Of a DNA stretch of 20,666 nt, positions 12,582-19,901 are shown one piece after another. The stretch's first letter is position 1, and every line of letters begins with the position of its first letter. The stretch lies in the NCBI GenBank assembly GCA_030141605.1, contig JAQGDQ010002370.1:1-20666 (forward strand). The letters run 5' to 3'. The notes under the pieces were generated by a model. The model saw nothing but the letters and a program-made list of their open reading frames with translations. It was not told where the DNA came from and did not search any database. The position numbers and the translations under genes are program-made. The stretch is from Tubiluchus corallicola. Its lineage: Eukaryota > Animalia > Priapulida.

Positions 12582-15500
12582 ATATTTTTAATATGAGGGG
12601 TATATTTTAATATAAGGCAAGCTTACAAATTTGCTACTAACAGACGCAATGCATTCATAAGCCAATCTATTTTCTGTCTCTAACTTTATCACATGCAGTT
12701 CATTCAGTAATGATGCAATTGAGACATAACCGATTAGCAGAACTAAAGATACCCAGAATCAGGTGTTCTGGGGTCACCTATCCGATGCCCTGTCACTAGT
12801 GTTACTTAACTTGTTAGCCAGGCATTCACAGTTACTACTTGGTTATTTTTCTTGTGCCCCTGCGATCATTTAGTTTTAATCCTAATACAATTACTGGACT
12901 CAGATGGTTGTAAGAAACACTAGTTGAAGTTTCTGCGCAGATTGTTTTGTCTTTACTTAATTACTTTTCTCAATTGATTATTTACTAAATGTCTAAATGT
13001 GATTTGTCCTGTTGGTAGTAGCTACTGCCTTTAAAAGTGTAAGAGTAAGCGTATGTAGACATACACTCGTATCTCGGTTTGCCGGACCTTGCTTTTACAG
13101 ATATCGGAACTTGCTTTTACAAAATCTGGACTGTGCCGCATACTGCGGACACAGTCAGTTGTTTCAAAAGCTGACCGGGCCATCACTTTGTTTACATCAC
13201 TACATTAGTGTAACCTTGTGTATGTCTAGGTATAAAATATAAAGTTAATTATACGGAGCTATACGAGTCAATTTTTATATGCTTTTGCATAAGAGCAGCA
13301 TGTACTAGACGTTTTTGAGACAATTAAGTCTGATTTTACATTACTGTGAGTCTAATACGGCGTCTACTGTTTTAACTTAGTATCGGTAAATACGGACAAT
13401 CGGCAAATTCGCATTGATGTCTCCCTGCTTTTGTCCGGCAAACCGAGATTTGAGTGTATTCCACGTTATAGTTATAAAAATAATTTTTGTAGATACATAC
13501 ATGTATGACATGCATGTCTTGACGTGGCAGGTATACCTTGTTGGATATGTAGTCATTACACATGATAGAAATCTGCTTCTAAAGTTTATCCTAAACAGTG
13601 GATTTTGTTTTGTTTTGCTAGTCGATTGTGCAGTTGCAATATTTGTTCTTGCTTCAGGTGGTTTTTGTGGATCTTGCTTTCATTCGTTTCACCGTCACGG
13701 ATACCGGTACCAACCACGTAACAACGCAGAGGGTCATCCCACTGAAATGTTTGAGACCCGGATACAGGCACTTGCAGCTGCGCAACTTGCAAAATTCGAG
13801 CATCAAAGTCTCCAGCCTCTTCGTTTTTTCAAGGTAGAAATCTTTCATTTTTTCAGTGGTTTTTATTGTTTTAGATCTTGTTAATTAATCTCGAATTTTT
13901 CAGTGTAATTGTATGTGTGTTTTATACAGGGATAAGAATTTTCCGCAGACACGCGGAATTCTGAGTTTTTGGAAGACCAGTAGTGCCATTTTTGTAAATC
14001 GCGTAAATTCGCTAAGAAAATTTTTCCGGTTTGAACTTTGTTTTCGTCGAAATCGTAACCGAAACTTTCAGTAGCATTTTTTCGAGGTATTTATCCAGCT
14101 TACTTTTTATCTCCTGGATGTTAAAAATCGCTGAAAAATTTTGGCTAAATTAGCTCCAATAAAGCGTAAATATCGTTTATTTGATAATCTGTACGATTTG
14201 TAGCGTGCCTTTTACGGCAATGCGGCATATCTTCATTACTGACAAATGTGAAGCTTTGAGGTCTCCAGACACAAACAACCGAAATACCAAAGCGTAATTT
14301 GAATAAAACCAAGTTTAATTTCTTGGCAACAAAATATATACAAAAAAAATTTGTTAATTTTTTGACGCTTCACGATCATATGTATCATGTATCCTTGATA
14401 GCTGGGTATTTTAAATTATGCATGAAACAAAGTAATTGATATTTTAAGTCCACTTAGAGGCTTCTCTATGGTCACAAAACTGCAATTGGACAGCCCCCAA
14501 CCCCCCAGCTTGTTTCAGAGTTTTTTGCAATTTGTCATTCTCATGCCTGTTTATAGGATCGAAGAGGAGCATCTTGATTTTCGGGAAATCGATACCGTTG
14601 ACAGTACAACTTCCTCGAAAAAATCCTGGTTGTCGAGGATCTCAATGAAGCAGGAAACATTCACTTCTGTAGATATAACCAAAACTGATGTCCATAAAGA
14701 GGTGTGCTTCCGGCTTGCTTAATTCTATGACTAACGTTTTATGAGAAATTGTTGATAATCGTAATTTAATGCGAAACCTGAACTAAAAAAATATATTCAC
14801 ATCTGTGTTACAGGAAACTGTGAAAAATGCTCTTTTTCTCAGAAGTTTGTAGGAGAGACATCGGCGTGATTTTAAGTTTATTGTTGATTAGAATTCAAAC
14901 AAGTGCGTGGAAATATATATAATCTAATTTGTTGTTTTTATACAAAAAGATGCATAACGCTTCCGTCTATGAGTTGTTAATTAAAATGCTTTGCTGCTAT
15001 TGAAATATGTAATTTAGATTAATTCATGACTTTGTAAGAAAACCGCGCAACTATTTGATTAAAAGAGTGGCCACCCAAAATATAATTTGTTGTAACTTAC
15101 ATGATTTGGTGCATTTACATTATTACTTTCTAGCACAGCACTAACATTAAATTGAACACAGAAGGAATACCAATCATACATAATTAATCACTTTATCACA
15201 TAGTTAATGCAATAAACACAATGTACTAATGTTAGATATAAGATGTGCAAATCAGCACATAACTATAAAAAAACTGTTAAAAAGGAAAAAATAAAATGAT
15301 GAAATTTATAACTTTAGAATGAAGCTCGTATAAATAATTCAAGGTTCACCTAATCTAAAATTACAGCCTGAACGACTCTGCGTAGATTGGCAAAAGTTGT
15401 AGGAACCGGAATAAACTCATTTGCAATACTGAAAATGAAAAGTCTAGCAGCAGAGTTGAACTCAATCACGGGAATCCGTGACAGAAACATCGAAGTTGGT

Positions 15501-18500
15501 TAAATTCAATGAATTAATTAATAAATGTTGAAATTACTTTGTTTCCTTAAACAGTGTTATGGTGGGTCATCATATACTGGCATTATGATGCCCTGATACC
15601 CCTGCAGGTCATGACCATATAACGAACGTCATCTTTACTTTCTTTAGATATCGGTAAGTTCCGTGCCAGTACGAAGGAGGGCTTTCTTTGTTTGTGTACA
15701 CGGAGTAGTACCCGACGAACCTTACACAATACTGAAAATAACACAAGACACGACAACTCTTGAAGTCATCCAACAGGTAAATCAGCTTTGCATAGGGTTT
15801 CAGTGAATCCCATGAAAATAAACAACGTTTGACATGATGTATTGCATATGATCGTATCTTCCTAATTTGCCTCCATTATTGCTTTTGTTTAAATCTCAAC
15901 TTGTGCCTCATCATGTGCAGACATAACAGTAATTGTTGCATATGATCGTATCTTCCTAATTTGCCTCCATTATTGCTTTTGTTTAAATCTCAACTTGTGC
16001 CTCATCATGTGCAAACATAACAGTAATTATTGTACATGATCGCGTCTTCCTAATTTGCCTCCATTATTGCTTTTGTTTAAATCTCAACTTGTGCCTCATT
16101 ATGTGCTGCATAACAGTAATTGTTGTATATGATAGTGTCTTCCTAATTTGCATCCATTATTGCTTTTGTTTAAATCTCAACTTGTGCCTCATCATGTGCA
16201 AACATAACAGTAATTGTTGTACATGATCGCGTCTTCCTAATTTGCCTCCATTATTGCTTTGTTTAAATCTCAACTTGTGCCTCATTATGTGCTACATAAC
16301 AGTAATTGTTGTATATGATCGTGTCTTCCTAATTTGCATCCATTATTGCTTTTGTTTAAATCTCAACTTGTGCCTCATCATGTGCTATATACCAGTAATT
16401 TTTATAATCTTTTCGTACATTTTACAGGCATTGATTAAGGCTAACAAACCCATGGAAAAAGTTACTGATTACGTAATAATGGAAGACGTACAGAAAGGCT
16501 GGGACAAGAAACACGAGGGCGCCAGTATGCAACGTCTACTAGAGGATAATGAGAAAGTGTTAGAAGCACAGGGGAAGTGGAAGGGCAATGGAAAATTTGT
16601 ATTGAAAAAGAAAGGCAATGTGAGTGAGCAATGTTTGATTTTTTTTTATAAATGCTGGTCAAGGTCACTGAAGAGAGCAATCCCACACTTACCTAGGAAG
16701 AAGTTTTTTAAACATGGCTTCTCTGTTGAGATTTCACAACCAGGTCAAGGTCACTGAAGAGAGCAATCCTACACTTACCTATGAAGAAGTTTTTTAAACA
16801 TGGCTTCTCTGTTGAGATTTCACAACCAGGTCAAGGTCACTGAAGAGAGCAATCCCACACTTACCTATGAAGATGTTTTTTAAACATGGCTTCTCTGTTG
16901 AAATTTCACAACCAGGTCAAGGTCACTGAAGAGAGCAATCCCACACTTACCTATGAAGAAGTTTTTTAAACATGGCTTCTCTGTTGAAATTTCACAACAG
17001 TGTTACAGTACTGCTTAAACGCATGATGTCACGAAAAATAGACTTTGCATCATATGTAGTCAGAAACTAACACAGCAGTTCATGATCATGGTTATCACGG
17101 TACCGCCTGCTATTTGTCGGCCACTCGAAAGTGACAAAAAGGCGCCGCTGCCAATCTTAGTAGATTCACTGAGCAGTGCGTAGCTTTGAAAGTTTAACAA
17201 AATTTGAGTATCCGAGGTAATTATTATTTAATCTAAGCTTTGAATTAAAAAAAGCTATTGTAGTTTTCAATATTTTAGAGCATTCTTTATTCTCTGAGCA
17301 GCGCGTAGCTTTGCAGGTTTAACGAAATTTGAGTATCCGAGGTAATTATTATTTAATCTAAGGTTTGAATTAAAAAAAGCTATTGTAGTTTTCAATATTT
17401 TAGAGCATTCTTTATTCTCTGAGCAGCGCGTAGCTTTGAAGGTTTAACGAAATTTGAGTATCCGAGGTAATTCTTGTTTAATCTAAGCTTTGATTTATAA
17501 AAAAGCTATTATAGTCTTCAGTATTTTAGAGCCTTCTTTATTCTGAACTAATGTTTACACGATCATCCGGTTTTCCTTTAAAGAAAACCCCAGTTTATTG
17601 TTCACAGCTTTAGAACATTGTAATGTAAACTGCTTTAATGTTAAATTCCAGGATCCTAGCACTAGAGCATGGATAACATCTATTCAAAGGAGTACTGCCA
17701 AGCTAGAAAAAGTAATTATCCTAACTTTCATTTTATCTTAACATATTTTACAAGAAATGACAATAGGATTTGAAGTACTTAATAGTTTGTGACAGATGTG
17801 GCTGTCACAGGGCTCCATTCTGTCACTGTAATTTACACTGGCTTGCAAAGTCTGAATCATTAAAAACTACTTTATGTTCTAGAAATCATTGTGACAGATT
17901 TATTGTCTTTCATAATTTTTTTAATTAATCAATAATTTTCTACACATTCATTCTCTTATATTGTATCGTAATTTAACCCTTTGTTTTCCTAGCGAAAGGA
18001 ATCGCTGCAGGTGATGGCTGTTGGTGATGATTGGGATCAAGGAGAGCAAACATTTCTGGTTTGTGTCTACAACGTTTCACCTGACCAACCTTACGCTATT
18101 CTCAAAGCACCCATTTCCAGCAGTGCACATGATATCATCACGCAGGTTTGTTTTGTTACGTTTTTTATTAGTTTTCTACAGCAGTTTTGCACAATTTCCA
18201 TTTTTCATTTGGATGGCAATTTTGCTTTGACTTGACAAGAGAACTTACAAGAGATTTTCCACAGTTTTTCTAAAACTAATACAAAAAGTTGTATAATGTC
18301 ATACAAACCATACCCCGCAAAATTTTTTCTTAAAAGTCAAAACTGAGTGAAATGATGAACTATTGAATGTGTACGCTTACAGTAATACATGAGCTAAAAG
18401 CATATAACCTACACCCTGAACTCACTAAGCTCTTTGGGCAATGTCAAATCACACTGTGCGTATTAGACACTGGGCTACTGCTCATTTGTGTCATATGGAT

Positions 18501-19901
18501 CTGTAGCTCAGCGTCACAGAGACGGCAAGATGATATTACAATGGCAGTGCCGAGAACTTGGAATTTAACGATGCAGCGGCTTCAATCTGCAATTACACAA
18601 TCAGCTTTCTTGCTAATTTTGCTGTCTTGAAAAAACTTACGTTATTTTTAGCCCACTTTTTTCTCTTTCCAAAGAAATATAGGGCTTTCTTCAAGACTTC
18701 CGCATATCATGAATACAATGGTTTTTGTACACCGCGTGTGGTCAAGATTTCCAAAAAAAATCAAGCGTGTTGGCCTAAAAAACCTCGTTGTGGGGTACCG
18801 TGGGTTTGTTGGACAACCTTAAAACTTCCCAAGGACTGCATAACGAATTTTTCTACATGGTGTTTTGTCAAAATTTCAAAAAAATCGAGTGTCCTTGAAA
18901 ACTCATTGGGGGCAGACTTGAGTGTCCCGAGAAACTGAACTCTGTTTGTTACACCCTATACTGAATGCATTTTCTAATGATATACAGCAGCCCAGCTCTT
19001 ACAATCCAGTTGTTCAGATCTCAGTTTACAAGTTTTGCAAAAAACTAGCAAATGTAGCCCATTTTTGGTGGGTTCTTGTCCCCGTATTTCGCAGACATCC
19101 CAGTCGAAAAACGAACTGATATCACCTTTTGCATCTTTTCAGGCGATGAACAAAGCACGTCGGATAGAAAATGCAAAAGACTTCAAGCTAGTTGAGGAAG
19201 TAGTCATTGACCATCCGAGCGGCGACGAGCACCGTGAACGCATTCGGCGTCGCGTAATGTCGCCGGATGAGAATGTGTTTCAAGCTCAGGGCGAGTGGAA
19301 ATCGACCGGCAAATTCACACTGATGAAATCAGCTCAGGTAATTTGTCGGTTAATTCTGCTTTGGATTCGTTGAATCTTCTTTTCATATAATGCACAGATA
19401 AATTTGTCACAATAACGTGACTGCTTGATTCTGTGGAGTCATCTTACAATCATTACCAGTTAGCTGAGCTACGGCTGCTACTGCTACTGCTGCTGCCGCA
19501 ATTACCATCTTAAATGGCATTTGTGTTGCATGCAGATGCAGATGCGTTTCCACCTGTGGAATAAAATCAATAGGAATACCTGCAGAAAAAGAATAACGCA
19601 TAACTCAGGCTGCAAAAAACGAATGCATTGAAAACAATATAAACCAATTGTCATTTGACTATCAAGGGACTGTCATTTGTACTACTACTCTTATTCTTTT
19701 CTAATATTTGATCAAGCAAATTGCTGTGTGATTCTGAAGCAAATTTTTTTAACTTATTTCTTTTTCAGGCAAAAGCCTATCTCACTAAGAAGCCAGTCCC
19801 TTTGACCCGAACTGCACCGGCTCGTTTATCAGGGAAGCTGAAACTTAGTCGGAACAAAGACAAAGACTCAATGGTCAAGCATAAACACAGAGATTTAGAA
19901 G
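352..19901 (+). CDS. PLCE1: Phospholipase C epsilon (PI-PLC; EF-X-Y-C2-RA1-RA2 portion), spliced, partial, 23 exons
   Basis: Manual splicing gives one continuous frame (3706 nt) with matching phases at every junction. PI-PLC motifs present: [66 protein letters not shown]2 domain and two C-terminal RA domains follow, and the RA pair is diagnostic of the epsilon class. Confidence 0.96.
1016..1266 (+). CDS. PLCE1: PLC-epsilon exon B (…[25 protein letters not shown]…), EF-hand region
   Basis: CAG acceptor at 1013-1015, G|GTAAGT donor at 1267. [15 protein letters not shown] is typical of PLC-epsilon. Confidence 0.92.
2048..2259 (+). CDS. PLCE1: PLC-epsilon exon C (GLITRNT…[17 protein letters not shown]…[11 protein letters not shown]…LIH), EF-hand region
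   Basis: TTTTCAG acceptor, GTGAGT donor at 2260, phases fit. Resembles the PLC-epsilon DAIAAASIV motif. Missed by the ORF track. Confidence 0.93.
2288..2822 (+). mobile_element. TTAA-flanked MITE, Kolobok/T2-like, copy 1
   Basis: TTAA|AGGAAAACTGG…CAGTTTTCCT|TTAA, with TTAA at 2284-2287 and 2823-2826. Homologous along its length to 11715-12262 (inverted) and in part to 16999-17577. Confidence 0.85.
3802..4023 (+). CDS. PLCE1: PLC-epsilon exon D ([12 protein letters not shown]…[32 protein letters not shown]), start of X box
   Basis: TAG acceptor ending at 3801, CAG|GT at 4024. Contains the first catalytic His motif SSHNTYL. Confidence 0.96.
4800..4907 (+). CDS. PLCE1: PLC-epsilon exon E ([36 protein letters not shown]), X box
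   Basis: CAG acceptor, GTAAGT donor. Contains the Ca-binding ELD motif and the second catalytic His (HGHT). Confidence 0.97.
5074..5190 (+). CDS. PLCE1: PLC-epsilon exon F ([39 protein letters not shown]), X box
   Basis: TAG acceptor, GTAAGT donor, conserved [11 protein letters not shown] motif. Confidence 0.97.
5418..5618 (+). CDS. PLCE1: PLC-epsilon exon G (TVFGDKLV…[18 protein letters not shown]…SRSK), end of X box
   Basis: TAG acceptor, AAG|GTATTT donor, LPSP..LK.KI.LKNKK motif. Confidence 0.94.
5670..6101. mobile_element. hAT-like MITE (432 bp) with 8-bp TSD
   Basis: Perfect direct repeat GCTACTGC at 5662-5669 and 6102-6109. Imperfect 14-bp TIRs: CAGTGTCAGATTTA and TAAATCCAGCACTG. Confidence 0.85.
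6222..6339 (+). CDS. PLCE1: PLC-epsilon exon H, acidic X-Y linker (…[19 protein letters not shown])
   Basis: TTCCAG acceptor, GTATGG donor at 6340. Phases 0 and 1 fit both neighbours. An acidic tract is typical of the autoinhibitory X-Y linker. Confidence 0.82.
6612..7110. mobile_element. Tc1/mariner (pogo/Tigger-like) MITE (499 bp), TA TSD
   Basis: TA|CAGTCATACCTCCGTTTTC … GAAAACAGGGTATGACTG|TA, with the subterminal motif AAATCGGTTTTC near both ends. Confidence 0.85.
7430..7581 (+). CDS. PLCE1: PLC-epsilon exon I, X-Y linker ([15 protein letters not shown]…PCSRQ)
   Basis: TTTTACAG acceptor, CAG|GTCAGT donor, phases fit. Confidence 0.82.
7690..7897 (+). CDS. PLCE1: PLC-epsilon exon J (…[21 protein letters not shown]), start of Y box
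   Basis: TTTTTCAG acceptor, CAG|GTATTT donor at 7898. [18 protein letters not shown] is a PLC-epsilon signature. Confidence 0.94.
7864..8130. repeat. Minisatellite, 38-bp unit, about 7 copies, spanning the exon J donor
   Basis: TTGGTYATTTATTGCCAAGCTGYCAAGTTTACAGGTA at 38-bp period. The sixth copy has an 8-bp deletion. Confidence 0.95.
8315..8443 (+). CDS. PLCE1: PLC-epsilon exon K, epsilon-specific Y-box insert ([13 protein letters not shown]…HNAF)
   Basis: TAG acceptor, G|GTGAGT donor, phase 1 to 1, stop-free. Confidence 0.85.
8717..8867 (+). CDS. PLCE1: PLC-epsilon exon L (…[26 protein letters not shown]), Y box, ending at a U12 donor
   Basis: CAG acceptor, SSLNEN.AK.LCR motif, followed directly by ATATCCTTT. 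Confidence 0.92.
9117..9242. repeat. (TAA)n microsatellite and degenerate AT-rich tract
   Basis: AATAATAAT… run followed by almost pure A/T sequence. Confidence 0.85.
10070..10207. repeat. Compound (GCGT)n/(GT)n microsatellite with a degenerate GAGT/GAGC tail
   Basis: Directly visible. Confidence 0.95.
10491..10615 (+). CDS. PLCE1: PLC-epsilon exon M ([41 protein letters not shown]), Y box
   Basis: Core Y-box motif, AC acceptor, G|GTAAGT donor at 10616. Missed by the ORF track. Confidence 0.96.
10638..10945. repeat. Minisatellite, 51-bp unit, 6 copies
   Basis: GTGGCATAGGCAACTTGTTATGGCTTAACAGCTTTGAYTTGGGCTGACATA starting at 10638, 10689, 10740, 10791, 10842 and 10893. Confidence 0.97.
10994..11157 (+). 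CDS. PLCE1: PLC-epsilon exon N ([23 protein letters not shown]…ILTIT), end of Y box and start of C2
   Basis: TTTTCAG acceptor, GTAAGT donor, NG..GYVLKP motif. Confidence 0.95.
11524..11682 (+). CDS. PLCE1: PLC-epsilon exon O, C2 domain (VISGQ…[14 protein letters not shown]…[14 protein letters not shown])
   Basis: CAG acceptor, GTGAGT donor, PLC C2 motifs ISGQ and NP.WN..F.F. Confidence 0.95.
11715..12262 (-). mobile_element. TTAA-flanked MITE, Kolobok/T2-like, copy 2 (548 bp, inverted relative to copy 1)
   Basis: TTAA|GGGAAAACCGGATGATTGTGTAAAC … GTCTAAACAATCGTCCGGTCTTCCT|TTAG, imperfect TIRs of about 25 bp. Reverse complement of the 2288-2822 family. Confidence 0.87.
12546..12578. repeat. 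(TA)n microsatellite
   Basis: About 16 TA units directly visible. Confidence 0.97.
13064..13456. mobile_element. Tc1/mariner (pogo-like) MITE (393 bp), TA TSD
   Basis: TA|CACTCGTATCTCGGTTTGCCGGAC … GTCCGGCAAACCGAGATTTGAGTG|TA, a 24-bp TIR with 2 mismatches. Confidence 0.87.
13658..13833 (+). CDS. PLCE1: PLC-epsilon exon P, C2 domain ([11 protein letters not shown]…[16 protein letters not shown]…SSLFVFSR)
   Basis: TTCAG acceptor, AG|GTAGAA donor, LA.IRF and GYRH motifs. Confidence 0.95.
14557..14701 (+). CDS. PLCE1: PLC-epsilon exon Q, C2-RA1 linker (IEEEHLDF…VHKE)
   Basis: TAG acceptor, GAG|GTGTGC donor, phases 2 and 0 fit. Confidence 0.83.
15648..15776 (+). CDS. PLCE1: PLC-epsilon exon R, RA1 first half ([43 protein letters not shown])
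   Basis: Pyrimidine tract plus TAG, CAG|GTAAAT donor, RA-domain pattern F.V.VH.V.P..PY..LK. Confidence 0.9.
15842..16400. repeat. Minisatellite, 92-94 bp unit, 6 copies
   Basis: …TCTTCCTAATTTGCCTCCATTATTGCTTTTGTTTAAATCTCAACTTGTGCCTCAT… with units starting near 15844, 15938, 16032, 16125, 16219 and 16311. Confidence 0.97.
16428..16619 (+). CDS. PLCE1: PLC-epsilon exon S, RA1 second half (ALIKANK…DYVIMEDV…[26 protein letters not shown]…)
   Basis: TTTTACAG acceptor, GTGAGT donor, AQ.KWKG.GKF.LK motif. Confidence 0.94.
16657..16998. repeat. Minisatellite, 86-bp unit, 4 copies
   Basis: GGTCAAGGTCACTGAAGAGAGCAATC… at 16657, 16743, 16829 and 16915. Confidence 0.97.
16999..17577 (+). mobile_element. 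TTAA-MITE copy 3, left-truncated, with an internal 125-bp triplication
   Basis: Matches the right part of copy 1 and ends in an intact GATCATCCGGTTTTCCT|TTAA. The segment CTGAGCAG…TTTATTCT repeats at 17169, 17294 and 17419. Confidence 0.87.
17652..17711 (+). CDS. PLCE1: PLC-epsilon exon T, RA1-RA2 linker ([20 protein letters not shown])
   Basis: TTCCAG acceptor, GTAATT donor, 60 nt, phase 0 to 0, stop-free. Confidence 0.78.
17993..18145 (+). CDS. PLCE1: PLC-epsilon exon U, RA2 first half (…[33 protein letters not shown])
   Basis: TTTTCCTAG acceptor (an in-frame CAG at 18008-18010 is an alternative), CAG|GTTTGT donor, VSP.QP…KAP motif. Confidence 0.92.
19143..19337 (+). CDS. PLCE1: PLC-epsilon exon V, RA2 second half (AMNKARR…DFKLVEEV…[25 protein letters not shown]…)
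   Basis: CTTTTCAG acceptor, CAG|GTAATT donor, RA motif. Confidence 0.93.
19769..19901 (+). CDS. PLCE1: PLC-epsilon exon W, basic C-terminal tail ([12 protein letters not shown]…KHRDLE)
   Basis: Strong TTTCTTTTTCAG acceptor, stop-free in phase 0, probable donor AAG|GTGAGA at 19902. The 3' end is uncertain because read-through would stop at TGA 19943-19945. Confidence 0.72.

Noticed and set aside
13414-13884. 156-aa + strand ORF overlapping exon P in another frame
   Set aside because: The conserved C2 sequence is in the 13628 frame. This ORF starts inside a MITE terminus and has no recognisable similarity.
13927-14400. CAGGGATAAG… as the left end of another hAT element, and GTATCCTTG near 14388 as a U12 donor
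   Set aside because: No matching TIR with an 8-bp TSD was found, and the GTATCCTT motif does not follow an identifiable exon.
18240-19120. Intronic ORFs 18367-18630, 18558-18938 and 18922-19119, and two imperfect GTCAARATTTC…AAAATC repeats
   Set aside because: No recognisable domain, and exons U and V already join in phase. This may be a decayed repeat but I could not define its ends.
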